64,000 bases of DNA, from assembly GCA_052386335.1 (NCBI GenBank), contig JBQTKH010000009.1:1842-65841 (forward strand). The letters run 5' to 3'. Below, piece after piece: positions 1 through 8,848 of this stretch (its first letter is position 1; the number at the start of each line of letters is the position of its first letter). Under the pieces are notes generated by a model. That model saw only the letters and a program-made list of their open reading frames with translations. It did no database searches and had not been told where the DNA came from. Source of the stretch: Microthrixaceae bacterium. Its GTDB lineage: Bacteria; Actinomycetota; Acidimicrobiia; Acidimicrobiales; VFJN01. Position numbers and translations under genes: made by a program.

Positions 1-930
1 GCCGAGGCGAATCGGGCCGCCGAAGAGGCCGAGGCCGCGCTGGCGCAGGCCCAGGAGGCCATGGAGGCCAAGCGCGCCGAGATCGCCCTCCTGCGAGACG
101 AGATCCGTGACTTCGCCGTGCAGGCCTTCGTCCACCCGCCGTCCGACGACGCGATGGCGGCGCTCGACACGGCCGACCCGGGCGAGGCGGCGCAGAAGCG
201 TGCGCTCCTCGAGATGCGCAACACCAACGATGCCGATCTGCTCGATCGCCTCAAGGCGGCGGAGGAAGACCTCGAGGTCCAGCGCGAGCTCGCCAAGGCC
301 GCCTCCGACCGCGCCCAGGAGAAGCGCGCCGCCGCAGCCAACCGGCTGGGCGAGCTCAGCGCCGCGCGCGACACGCAGAAGGCCTATGCCGACCAGGTCG
401 AGGCCCGACTCGCTCGAGCGCTCGGTGAAGCGGCGGCCCTCGAGCAGTACGACGCAGAGCTCTCCGCCAAGATCGCCGCCGAGCAGGCCGAGCTCGCTCG
501 CCGGGCCCGCGCCTCGGGCGGTCGCTCCGGTGGCGGTGGTGGTGGCAGCACCTTCAACGGCTCGCTCTCCACCGTGTCATGCCCCACCGGCGGATCGATC
601 ACCGTGGCCAGCAGCATCGCCAGCGACACCCAGGCACTGCTCAACGCGGCGCCGTCGGACCTCAACCTGTGCGGGTGGGGCTGGCGCAGCTCGCAGCGCC
701 AGCAGGAGCTGTGGGACGCGCACGGCTGCGACAGCGGGTGCAGCGTGCCCACGGCACGCCCCGGCTCGTCGATGCACGAGCAGGGCCTGGCCATCGACTT
801 CACCTCGAGCGGCCAGACGATCCAGTCGCGCAGCCACCCCGCCTTCCGGTGGCTCGATGCCAACGCCGGCAGCTATGGGTTCCGAAACCTGCCGTCCGAG
901 CCGTGGCACTGGTCCACCAACGGCAACTGA
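1..930 (+). CDS. Coiled-coil protein with C-terminal M15B (VanY-like) D,D-carboxypeptidase domain; 5' end lies outside the window
   Basis: Ala/Glu-rich coiled coil, Gly linker, SMHEQGLAID (SxHxxGxAxD) and EPWHW zinc motifs; frame is open to base 1. Confidence 0.85.
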   Translation, partial: AEANRAAEEAEAALAQAQEAMEAKRAEIALLRDEIRDFAVQAFVHPPSDDAMAALDTADPGEAAQKRALLEMRNTNDADLLDRLKAAEEDLEVQRELAKAASDRAQEKRAAAANRLGELSAARDTQKAYADQVEARLARALGEAAALEQYDAELSAKIAAEQAELARRARASGGRSGGGGGGSTFNGSLSTVSCPTGGSITVASSIASDTQALLNAAPSDLNLCGWGWRSSQRQQELWDAHGCDSGCSVPTARPGSSMHEQGLAIDFTSSGQTIQSRSHPAFRWLDANAGSYGFRNLPSEPWHWSTNGN

Positions 931-950
931 TCGCCTGACGAGCGTAAGGG

Positions 951-1991
951 CTACTCGCCTCTGATCACGGCGGGGGAGTGGCGGAAGAACTGCTCCACGT
1001 CGCGCTCGTACTGGTAGGCGGTGCTGCTCGCCCCCACCAGCTTGCGGATCCGCAGCGCTTCCACGAAGTCGGCCACCGCGCCGGCGGAGGGGAACTGGTA
1101 GTCGACGCCGGCCTGCTTGAGGCGACGGTTGTCGACGCCGCGGCCGTGGCGGAGCAGGTCGAGCATCTCGCCCGGGAGCTCGATGCCGCCGAGCCGGGCG
1201 ATCGGTCCCGCGAGCAGGTTCATGCCGATCGGCGGGAGCGGGAAGGTTCGCTTGCCGCAGATGGCAGCCACTTCGCTCCATGGGAGCAGGCCGTCGCCGG
1301 CGACGTTGTAGACGCCCTGCAGCTGGGTTTCCAGCGCGAAGAGGATGGCCCGGACGACATCGGTCTCGTGCACGAACTGCAGCCTCGGGTCGTACCCGAA
1401 CACGTACGGCACGAGTGGCAGCTCGAGTGCCTTCACGAGCGGGGTGGTGATGTCGGGGCCGAGCACGTTCGCGAAGCGCAGCACGGCCACCGAGACGTGC
1501 GGGTTGTCGATCGCGAAGTCGCGCACGTAGCCCTCGACAGAGAGCAGGCTGCGCTCCACCATGCTCTTGGGCTGGGCGGCACGGCGGGACTCCTCGGAGA
1601 ACCACGTGGGGTCGCGCGGGTCGGCGCCGTAGACGAGGGTGGATGACTTCACGACGACGTCTCGCACGGTCGACTCGGGTGCCGATGCGGCTGCGAACAG
1701 GTTCATCGTGCCGATCACGTTGATCTCGTGGATCGAGCGCGACCGCATCTGCGTGGAGTCGACGACGAGGAACGTGTGCACGATCGTGTCGATCCGTGCG
1801 GCCTTCACGATGCGGGCGAGGATCGAGTAGCTCTCGTCACTGCGGACGTACTCGGTGCGCTCGAGCTGCACCTCGGGCTCGAAGCGGTCGAGACCGACGA
1901 TGACGTCGACCTCAGGGTCGGCTTCGAGCGCCTGGGCCACCCGGCCACCCCAGAAGGTGCCGAGCCCGGTGATGAGCACGCGCTTACCCAT
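951..1991 (-). CDS. NAD-dependent epimerase/dehydratase family protein
   Basis: N-terminal LITGLGTFWG, extended-SDR features (NVIGT, KSSTLVYG, QFVHETD); paired with the acyltransferase as in mycobacterial Rv0501/Rv0502. Confidence 0.85.
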   Translation of the reverse strand: MGKRVLITGLGTFWGGRVAQALEADPEVDVIVGLDRFEPEVQLERTEYVRSDESYSILARIVKAARIDTIVHTFLVVDSTQMRSRSIHEINVIGTMNLFAAASAPESTVRDVVVKSSTLVYGADPRDPTWFSEESRRAAQPKSMVERSLLSVEGYVRDFAIDNPHVSVAVLRFANVLGPDITTPLVKALELPLVPYVFGYDPRLQFVHETDVVRAILFALETQLQGVYNVAGDGLLPWSEVAAICGKRTFPLPPIGMNLLAGPIARLGGIELPGEMLDLLRHGRGVDNRRLKQAGVDYQFPSAGAVADFVEALRIRKLVGASSTAYQYERDVEQFFRHSPAVIRGE

Positions 1992-2987
1992 TCAACCGAA
2001 CCAGATCGATCTGCGGGAGCGGAGCATGTCGAAGAGTGCCTCCTGGATCTGCTGGCGGATCTCCTCGGCGACGTCCATGATGCGGCTGCGCGAGTACCGG
2101 GGCTGATCGGGCTCGACGTCGAGGTGCACCGGGGGGAGCACGCGGATCTTGATCTTGGCCGGAAAGGCCAGCATCCCCAGCGGGCCGAAGGCGAGCATGT
2201 TGGCCGTGATCGGCACGTACGGAACGCCGAGGAGCTTGGCGAGCTGTGGGCTCTTCCACAGTGTCGGCATGGCCTCTTCCGAGCCGATGACCGCGATCGG
2301 GATGATCGGCACGCCGGCGCGCATCGCGATCTGCACGAAGCCACCGCGTCCGAAGCGTCGGAGCTGGTAGCGCTCGTTGTAGGTCTTGCCGGTGCCCTTC
2401 GTGCCCTCGGGGAACACGAGGGCGAGCTGGTCCTGCTCGCGCAGGAGGCGGTAGGCGTTTTCGGGGTGGGCGAGCACGCCGCCTGCGCGCGACCACATGG
2501 TGCCGACCACGGGCATGCGCTTGAACATCTCGTCGGCCAGCCCGTAGACGGGACGTCCGAGCTCAGTCTCGATGCCGTGCATGATCGCGGGAGCATCCGA
2601 TGGGATGGCGCCGGCGTGGTTCGACACCAGCAGCGCACCACCGGTGGTGGGGATGTGCTCGAGGCCTTCCCACTCCACTCGGTGCCAGCTGCGGTAGAGC
2701 GGGTCGTAGATGCGACGGACGATCTCGCGGGTGTGCTCTGAGCGACCCCACTCGTCGACGTCGGAGCGGCGGGGGTCGTCGGGCTCCACGACGTCGGGGC
2801 GAGCTGGAACAGGGACGAGGGCGACCGAGTGCGTGTGCTCGCTGCGGAGATCAATGGTGGCGGGGCGGGCCTCGGTGACCTTCGTCGTCTTCTTGGTGAC
2901 CCCGGTCACCTTCGCCGCGTGGCCTCCCGAAGCACCGTTGGAAGCGGTGGCCTTCCTCGGCTTGGTGGGAGGCTTCGCGGGCGACAT
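1992..2987 (-). CDS. Lysophospholipid/PlsC-like acyltransferase
   Basis: SNHAGAIPSD (NHxxxxxD-like) and FPEGTKG motifs. Confidence 0.9.
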   Translation of the reverse strand: MSPAKPPTKPRKATASNGASGGHAAKVTGVTKKTTKVTEARPATIDLRSEHTHSVALVPVPARPDVVEPDDPRRSDVDEWGRSEHTREIVRRIYDPLYRSWHRVEWEGLEHIPTTGGALLVSNHAGAIPSDAPAIMHGIETELGRPVYGLADEMFKRMPVVGTMWSRAGGVLAHPENAYRLLREQDQLALVFPEGTKGTGKTYNERYQLRRFGRGGFVQIAMRAGVPIIPIAVIGSEEAMPTLWKSPQLAKLLGVPYVPITANMLAFGPLGMLAFPAKIKIRVLPPVHLDVEPDQPRYSRSRIMDVAEEIRQQIQEALFDMLRSRRSIWFG

Positions 2988-3011
2988 CGGGCCGATGCTA
3001 GCGGTCGCGCC

Positions 3012-4061
3012 CTACCAGCCGTCCTGGTCGTCGCGATCCTCGAGCCACCGCTGGCCGACCTCGCAGCTCGTCTGCACGGGACACCACCGGCATGGCGGGC
3101 CCGGGCGCAGCACGGGCTCACGCGCCTCGTGGCGCAGGGCCACGGCAGCCTCGATGCCGTGCACGACTCGCTCCACAGCGCTGAGCAGGAGGTCCTCGGA
3201 GACGTCCTCGTCCTGCAGGCGACCGCCGTCGAGGTAGTAGGTGGCGAGGAGGCGCGGCGGCACGCCGATGCGGAGCGTCTCGACGAGTGCGTAGAAGCGC
3301 AGGTCGTCGCGATGGCTCGGCGAGAACCCACCGGTCTTGAGGTCGATCAGCACCTTGCCGGCGCGGGTTCCCTCCGGGCGGCCGATCGTGAGGTCGACCT
3401 TGCCGGACAGCACGATCCGGTCGTCGCACAGATCCGCGCGCAGGCGGCTCTCGGGCACGGGTCGCCATCGCGCCTCGAGCGGCGGGAAGCACTCGAGGAA
3501 CATCGCCACCCGCTCGACGGCCTCGCCGTGCAGCTCCGCGCGCTCCCCTTCGCCGAGGCCACCGAGGTAGTCGGAGATGCGATCGCTGCTGGCGATGAGA
3601 CGGGCCAGCGCTTCGTCGACCAGCTGACCGGGTGGCGGGTCGCCGCGCCAGCTCACCGAGAGCTCGATGGCCTTGTGGGACACGACGCCGCGCGCGTTGG
3701 CGGCGTTCCACGCGAAGTCTTCGGCGTCGCGCGCGAGGAACAGGCCCTCGCAGCCGTGGATGGTGGCGAGCAGGTGCTTGCTGACCCACAGCGACTCGCC
3801 CTTCGGGAGGCGGTCGGCCAGGGGGCTCAGCCGGTCCTGCAGCTGGGTGCGGAGCTCGTTGCGCAAGCGGGGGTCGAACGCCGGACGCTCACCAGGTCGC
3901 GCGCCGAGCGCGGCGAGCACCTCGGCCTGCGCCGGGTTGAGACCGCGGGCGGTGGTCTCGGTGGTCTCGATCGTCTCGGTCGCCTCGCCCGACAGCTCCT
4001 GAGCGGGCTCGTCGGTGGCAGGTGCGACCTCGGCGAGCGGGTCGGGGTCAAGGAGCTCCAC
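3012..4061 (-). CDS. PD-(D/E)XK nuclease, RecB/Cas4-like, with probable Fe-S cysteines
   Basis: LSGKVDL...LIDLKTG motifs, N-terminal Cys (HGCEG) and C-terminal CRWCPVQTSC. Confidence 0.85.
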   Translation of the reverse strand: MELLDPDPLAEVAPATDEPAQELSGEATETIETTETTARGLNPAQAEVLAALGARPGERPAFDPRLRNELRTQLQDRLSPLADRLPKGESLWVSKHLLATIHGCEGLFLARDAEDFAWNAANARGVVSHKAIELSVSWRGDPPPGQLVDEALARLIASSDRISDYLGGLGEGERAELHGEAVERVAMFLECFPPLEARWRPVPESRLRADLCDDRIVLSGKVDLTIGRPEGTRAGKVLIDLKTGGFSPSHRDDLRFYALVETLRIGVPPRLLATYYLDGGRLQDEDVSEDLLLSAVERVVHGIEAAVALRHEAREPVLRPGPPCRWCPVQTSCEVGQRWLEDRDDQDGW

Positions 4062-4097
4062 GCGCCCATTGTCACACCTCGCGAGTTGACTGACGGG

Positions 4098-4424
4098 GTG
4101 GTCCAGTCGTCATCCCTCCGATTCGCTCGAGCTGTCCAAGTGCTCGGCACCGCGGCGCGGGCCCTGGGCTTGGTGGTGCCGGGCTTCCGGAGCCCGCCTC
4201 GTCTCATGGGCGTGCAGCGGTCGATCAAGCGGTGGTCCGGCGGGGCCACTATCGCCGTGGTGGTGCGGGATCGACCGTGGCCGGCGGTGCAGGCCGACCT
4301 GATCGAAGGTGTGATCGCCGCCAACGAGCTCATCAGCCCGGCTGCAGATCGGGCGCGTGCCGAGCTCTGGCGAGCCCTCGAGGCCGACGGCAACCCCGCC
4401 CCGGCGCGCGCCGCAGCGGCTTGA
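4098..4424 (+). CDS. Small hypothetical protein
   Basis: C-terminal part of ORF 2829..4424 from GTG 4098; protein-like sequence (FRSPPR...ADLIEGVIAAN). Confidence 0.6.
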   Translation: MVQSSSLRFARAVQVLGTAARALGLVVPGFRSPPRLMGVQRSIKRWSGGATIAVVVRDRPWPAVQADLIEGVIAANELISPAADRARAELWRALEADGNPAPARAAAA

Positions 4425-4441
4425 CCGGTACCGTCAGGTCG

Positions 4442-4744
4442 ATGCAGTCGTGGCGCCTGCTGGCCTCGAAGCTGGCCATCAACGAGGTGGATGTGGCGGT
4501 GGCCTACGCCGACGTCTTCGTCGTGCTGCGCGAGGGCGACGTTCGTCCCGGCCCCAACGATTGGGAGGCCACGGTGCGCTCGAGCGACCGCCAGCACCTG
4601 CCACCGGGCACCTATGAGCTCCGCGTCGACACGCCCGACGATCTCGTGCTCAGCGGCCACGCCATGCTGCGCTTCAGCGACGGCCACCAGCATCTGTTCC
4701 GAGGCGACGGCGAGCTCGGCGGCGTCGACGCTGCCTTAACCTGA
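4442..4744 (+). CDS. Small hypothetical beta-rich protein
   Basis: ATG at 4442, 17 nt after the previous stop; GC3-rich codons. Confidence 0.6.
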   Translation: MQSWRLLASKLAINEVDVAVAYADVFVVLREGDVRPGPNDWEATVRSSDRQHLPPGTYELRVDTPDDLVLSGHAMLRFSDGHQHLFRGDGELGGVDAALT

Positions 4745-4754
4745 CCGCACACCC

Positions 4755-4841
4755 GCCCGGGTGGCGCAACTGGTGGACGCGGAGGGCTTAAACCCCTCTG
4801 GCTCTGTAAGGGCTGTGCGGGTTCGACCCCCGCCCCGGGCA
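4755..4841 (+). tRNA. tRNA-Leu, anticodon TAA (reads UUA; bldA-equivalent); CCA not encoded
   Basis: Acceptor GCCCGGG/CCCGGGC+A, anticodon stem GAGGG/CCCTC with loop CTTAAAC, long variable arm, T-arm GCGGG-TTCGACC-CCCGC. Confidence 0.97.
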
Positions 4842-4844
4842 CTG
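4787..4844 (+). repeat. attL (3' half of the tRNA); core CTTAAACCCCTCTGGC
   Basis: 16-nt core identical to 10574..10589; both copies end in CCCCGGGCACTG. Confidence 0.9.
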
Positions 4845-4889
4845 CAAACACTGGCGTTTGGAAGACTCGATGAGGCGACCAGAAGTTCG

Positions 4890-4910
4890 TGCTAACGAAT
4901 TGCTAACGCA
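4890..4910 (+). promoter_or_regulatory. Putative integrase arm-type sites (left): TGCTAACGAA-TTGCTAACGCA
   Basis: 11-bp-period tandem repeat also found at 10436..10457. Confidence 0.7.
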
Positions 4911-4929
4911 CTTGCCACCCTGATCCGGC

Positions 4930-6051
4930 ATGCGGGGGCACGTGGCACGCCGGGGCAGCAGCTGGGGATACGTCATCGACGTCGCCCCCGACCCCGCCAC
5001 GGGCAAGCGCCGGCAGCGCACCAAGAGCGGGTTCGCGACCAAGGCAGCCGCCGAGGATGCGATGCGCAAGGCCATCGCCATCGGATCGTCCGCCGGTGGC
5101 GACGCGCAGAAGCTCGCCGACTACCTCGACGAGTGGCTCACGGCTGTCGAACCCCGCCTCCGGGGCACGACGGCGTCGAGCTACCGGATCGCCGTCGACC
5201 GCATCAAGGCCGGGCTCGGCGCCGTGAAGCTCCGTGACCTCACCCCGCTCATGATCGAGCGCTTCTACGCCGACCTCGTCCGAGAGGGCGGCAAGAGCGG
5301 CGACGGGCTCTCGGCCAAGACGGTTCGCAACACCCACGTGGTACTGCGCAAAGCCCTGGCCGACGGTGAGCGCCTCGAGTTGCTCGTTCGCAACCCCGCC
5401 GCCCGGGCCAAGCCGCCGACAGGGGAGCGCAAGGAGACACCGACCTGGACGGCCGCCCAGGTCACGACCTTCCTCTCGGGCGTGGAGGACGACCCGCTGT
5501 ACGCCCTGTGGGTTCTGCTCGCCACCACAGGGCTTCGCCGCGGTGAGGCGCTCGGGCTGCGCTGGAGCGATGTCGACCTCGACCGAGCAACCTTGTCGGT
5601 CAGCCAGACGATCACCACGGTGGACAACCAGATCGCCGTGACCCCGCCCAAGAGCGATCGCAGCCGTCGCCGCATCGGCCTCGACCCGGACACCGTTCGG
5701 GTCCTTCGGGACCATCAGCGGGACCAGGAGCGGGACCGCAAGCTCCTCGGGACTGCATCGGCCACGCTCGTGTTCGCCGAGCCAGATGGTGGTCCCGTCC
5801 ACCCAGACACCGTGACCCGTCGCTTCAAGCGTCTGGTTCGTCGTAGTGGTCTCCCGCCGCTGCGCGGCCCACACGACCTGCGCCACACGTGGGCCTCGCT
5901 CGCCCTCGCCGCGGGCGTCCACCCGAAGGTCGTGTCCGACCGCCTCGGCCACTCCACGATCGCGATCACGATCGACACCTACTCCCACGCCATCCCCAGC
6001 CTCGACGCCGAAGCCGCGTCCACCGTCGCCGCGCAGCTGTTCAGGAGATGA
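4930..6051 (+). CDS. int: Tyrosine recombinase/integrase (phage/ICE type)
   Basis: N-terminal arm-binding domain (RRQRTKSGFATK), TGLRRGE, HDLRH, LGHS and catalytic Tyr (DTYSH). Confidence 0.97.
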   Translation: MRGHVARRGSSWGYVIDVAPDPATGKRRQRTKSGFATKAAAEDAMRKAIAIGSSAGGDAQKLADYLDEWLTAVEPRLRGTTASSYRIAVDRIKAGLGAVKLRDLTPLMIERFYADLVREGGKSGDGLSAKTVRNTHVVLRKALADGERLELLVRNPAARAKPPTGERKETPTWTAAQVTTFLSGVEDDPLYALWVLLATTGLRRGEALGLRWSDVDLDRATLSVSQTITTVDNQIAVTPPKSDRSRRRIGLDPDTVRVLRDHQRDQERDRKLLGTASATLVFAEPDGGPVHPDTVTRRFKRLVRRSGLPPLRGPHDLRHTWASLALAAGVHPKVVSDRLGHSTIAITIDTYSHAIPSLDAEAASTVAAQLFRR

Positions 6052-6078
6052 CCATGCCCCAACGGGACCGCTTGACTT

Positions 6079-6119
6079 GTCTAGGCCCTCTTGACGCTTG
6101 TTGTCTAGGGGGACTAGAG
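6079..6119. promoter_or_regulatory. Two tandem palindromic operators GTCTAG-N5-CT(A/T)GA(C/G) upstream of hicAB
   Basis: GTCTAG-gccct-CTTGAC (6079..6095) and GTCTAG-gggga-CTAGAG (6103..6119), 24 bp apart, overlapping TTGACG. Confidence 0.65.
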
Positions 6120-6127
6120 GTAGGGTT

Positions 6128-6367
6128 GTGAAGCGCAAGGCACTCGAGAAGCAGCTTGCCAAGAAGGCCAGGGATGCGGGAACGACGTGGGAGTTCGTCC
6201 GAGAGGGCGCCAACCACTCCGTCTGGTCCTTCGGAGGGATGCTCATCACGATTCCACGCCACAACGACATCAACGAGCTGACGGCCAAGGGCATCCTTAA
6301 GGACGCCGACGAGGTCGCCGGGGCGGCCGCGGAAGCCAAGGCCAAGGAGGAGGAGGGCAAGTCATGA
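6128..6367 (+). CDS. hicA: HicA-family toxin (mRNA interferase)
   Basis: 79 aa, basic, REGANHSVW...TIPRHNDINELTAKGIL (GxH and P-x-H pattern); ATGA overlap with the next gene. Confidence 0.85.
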   Translation: MKRKALEKQLAKKARDAGTTWEFVREGANHSVWSFGGMLITIPRHNDINELTAKGILKDADEVAGAAAEAKAKEEEGKS

Positions 6368-6741
6368 CCAAGCTGTTTCAGGTCAAGGCACAGCAGTCCG
6401 GCGATTGGTGGGCGCTGAGCGTCGACGGGATGCCCGGCGTGCACTCCCAGGTCCGGGTCCTCGCCAAGGCGGAGTCTGCGATCAAGGAAGCAATCGCTTT
6501 GGTCCACGACTGGGACCCCGACGAGTTCGCCGTGGTCGTGAACCCCGAGCTCCCCGACGGAGTCCTCAGTCGAGTCATCGAGAGTCGGCAGATGATTGCG
6601 GATGCAGAGCGGCGGCAGCACGAAGCCGCCCACGCATCGCGCGAAGCGGCCAGGGCGCTGCTCGCATCGGGACTGAGTCAGCGTGATGCGGCACATGTCA
6701 TGGGCGTGTCGTTCCAGCGCGTCAACCAGCTCGTCGCGTGA
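6364..6741 (+). CDS. hicB: HicB-family antitoxin with C-terminal HTH
   Basis: WWALSVDGMPGVHSQ...EAIAL N-domain; GLSQRDAAHVMGVSFQRVNQL HTH. Confidence 0.85.
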   Translation: MTKLFQVKAQQSGDWWALSVDGMPGVHSQVRVLAKAESAIKEAIALVHDWDPDEFAVVVNPELPDGVLSRVIESRQMIADAERRQHEAAHASREAARALLASGLSQRDAAHVMGVSFQRVNQLVA

Positions 6742-6767
6742 ACCGCGTGTCGCCCTGGGACGCGCAT

Positions 6768-6807
6768 GTGGCCTGGCTCCCAGCGTCCGCTGGGGGGTCC
6801 AGGCCAC
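6768..6807. terminator. Long GC hairpin after hicB
   Basis: GTGGCCTGG...CCAGGCCAC outer arms with inner CCCAGCG/CGCTGGG stem; no U-tract. Confidence 0.5.
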
Positions 6808-7006
6808 TACTTCCATGGGCTGAACAGCCCTCGGCGCCTCTGAGGATATTGGTAAGGGCCCTCGAGAGGGAAGCGGTTGATCGGCCCGTCAGCTGCCGGA
6901 ATCGGAATCTGCGCGAAGCGCCGCCCGCTCAGCATCGATCGCCTGACGAGCCGCCTCGTAGGTGGCCCGGAACTCAGGGTCCCGCAGCTGGTCGGCGAGG
7001 TAACGC

Positions 7007-7255
7007 TCAGCACCCGTCGGCTTCCTGGTCATCGCATGAAAGTCCCTGCGACGCAGGATGCTGACCCTCGAGTAACCGCAGGAGCGCCGCGCGAGGCACT
7101 CGCAGGCTCCGTCCCAGCTCCAACACGGGTAGCCCGCTACGGCCGCCAGTCGCGCGCCACTCTCGGGCGAGGGCGTACGCCGTAGTGCGTCCGATCCGCA
7201 GGACCCGCGCCGCCTCCTCGACGGTCAAGGTCTGAGGTCCCGAGTCGAGTTCCAT
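7007..7255 (-). CDS. Excisionase-like HTH (HTH_17) protein
   Basis: TLTVEEAARVLRIGRTTAYALA...ELGRSLRVPRAAL pattern; inside the integrative element. Confidence 0.85.
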   Translation of the reverse strand: MELDSGPQTLTVEEAARVLRIGRTTAYALAREWRATGGRSGLPVLELGRSLRVPRAALLRLLEGQHPASQGLSCDDQEADGC

Positions 7256-7460
7256 GGATGTGCTCCCGTGTCGGCCGGTTCAACATCTGTAGGCCGCCCA
7301 GCGCCCCGAATCCTCGCGGACAAGGTCCCGAAATCCGGGCCGCGACGGTTAGTGCAATCGTCTGTGCAACGAACTGATCGTCAGGGGCCGAGATCGCAAA
7401 CTGATTTTGGGCAGACCTCCGGCCCGAGGTTGTCCCTCGGCGCTCGAAACGGGTGGCCGC

Positions 7461-7646
7461 TTAGCGGAGCGTGAAGAGGACGCCGAACGTCACCGCTAGC
7501 GCGATGGTCGCGATGACCAGCGCTCGGCAACGAACGACGAACACCGTCACGTCCTCAACCAGCGTCGTCAGTGCTCGAACGAGCGCTGTGAGCTGGCAGA
7601 CGTGACGAATCCATCGCTCCAGGCGGGGCAAGTGCTCATCGCACAT
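7461..7646 (-). CDS. Small protein (61 aa) with C-terminal hydrophobic helix
   Basis: GGAGGG RBS before ATG 7646; ALVIATIALAVTFGVLF segment. Confidence 0.45.
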   Translation of the reverse strand: MCDEHLPRLERWIRHVCQLTALVRALTTLVEDVTVFVVRCRALVIATIALAVTFGVLFTLR

Positions 7647-7818
7647 GAGCCCTCCCTGGGGTGACACGTTCGTGGCGAACATCGCCACAACGACAAGAGC
7701 CGCCCGCTGAGTCGGACGGCTCTGCAATTGCCGGCATCACCGGCGGCGGTCCCGGCCTAGGGCCAAAACCGCAGGTGGTCCACCCGTTCGGGCAGACCAC
7801 TCCGCAGATGAAGGTACT

Positions 7819-8352
7819 TCAGCGAAAGACTTGAGGCAACGATCTACCCCCCGGGCGTTGCGTCATCTCGGCGTTTCCGCAGGTCAAACCGCCTAACGGC
7901 TGCTTCATCATGGAGACCTGGAGCGTCCGATGGCTTGTCACATGCGCGCGTCGGAGGCGCTGGTAACAGGTTCGGCACGACTCGTCGGCTGGATAGACCA
8001 GAGGGTCGAGGCCACACCAACGGCACAGGCTGGCCTCCCGCCGACAGAAGTCGCACCGGCCATGGGGGTCAAGGTCCCACTGCCGCCCACATCCGATGCA
8101 CGTCGACAGAACCTCGGTTTCCCAAACGGGGTCATCCTCGGAGAGCGAAGGCGAGCCGACCTCGTACCAACGCTCGTCGTACTCGTCCTCCCAGTACCGC
8201 CCGTACCGATCCTCGTCCGGAAGGCACTCCTCCTCTCGCATCAACTCGGGCTCCTCCCACCCGTCGAGGTAGTCCCATTCGTCGTCGGCCGAGAGCCCGT
8301 CCAGTGGCGGTGGCTTCAGCGGGTGGAGGCCCGAGCTGCGGATGCGACTCAT
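7819..8352 (-). CDS. Hypothetical protein, acidic N-half plus four CxxC motifs
   Basis: D/E/W/Y-rich stretch followed by CIGC, CDFC, CRWC, CRTC. Confidence 0.55.
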   Translation of the reverse strand: MSRIRSSGLHPLKPPPLDGLSADDEWDYLDGWEEPELMREEECLPDEDRYGRYWEDEYDERWYEVGSPSLSEDDPVWETEVLSTCIGCGRQWDLDPHGRCDFCRREASLCRWCGLDPLVYPADESCRTCYQRLRRAHVTSHRTLQVSMMKQPLGGLTCGNAEMTQRPGGRSLPQVFR

Positions 8353-8437
8353 GCCAAATCCTCGCGCTGCGAGAGTGTGGACAACCCGGCGCGCAGCGCC
8401 GGGGCGGCGGACGTCATCGGGGAGGCAGAATCGATCG

Positions 8438-8848
8438 ATGAATCGTTTCGACGTGCGCCGGCTCGACCACACCGTCGATCTCGATGGCGAGATCGAGCAC
8501 TGGGACCTAGTCGTGCCCGTGATCGATGACCTGCCGCTTTCGGATCGGCTGCTGGATCGTGCTCTCGGAACCTTCGCCGTACTTGTGGGCCCGCCTTCAC
8601 GCCACTGGCTTGGCGAGCCCCAGGAGGATCCCTACGGCCCCAACGACGGCCGAGCAGAGGTGCTCACAGGAACCTGCGGTGAATCCGGCTGTTGTGGTGT
8701 GTTCGCTCGTATCACGATCGAAGGCGACCAGGTCACATGGGATGAGTTCGACGCGCGGGGAGTCCCGCCACTGCCAACCGGGCTTCGATTCGTCTTCGAC
8801 CGAATCGGCTATGAGGAGGCTCTCGACCAATTGGCGGGCTCGCAGTAG
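8438..8848 (+). CDS. Hypothetical protein (CGESGC...ITIEGDQVTW...FVFDRxxYEEAL type)
   Basis: GGAGG RBS upstream of ATG 8438; motif pattern I recall from uncharacterised actinobacterial proteins. Confidence 0.65.
   Translation: MNRFDVRRLDHTVDLDGEIEHWDLVVPVIDDLPLSDRLLDRALGTFAVLVGPPSRHWLGEPQEDPYGPNDGRAEVLTGTCGESGCCGVFARITIEGDQVTWDEFDARGVPPLPTGLRFVFDRIGYEEALDQLAGSQ

Noticed and set aside
4736-4742. TTA codon just upstream of the UUA-reading tRNA as a feedback device
   Set aside because: Better explained by overlap with a -10-like TAACCT for the tRNA; it is the penultimate sense codon of a hypothetical gene
4903-6816. Long antisense ORFs (also 18848..21685, 28845..30263, 53442..55091, 59241..60707)
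   Set aside because: Expected shadows of high-GC coding strands; no motifs
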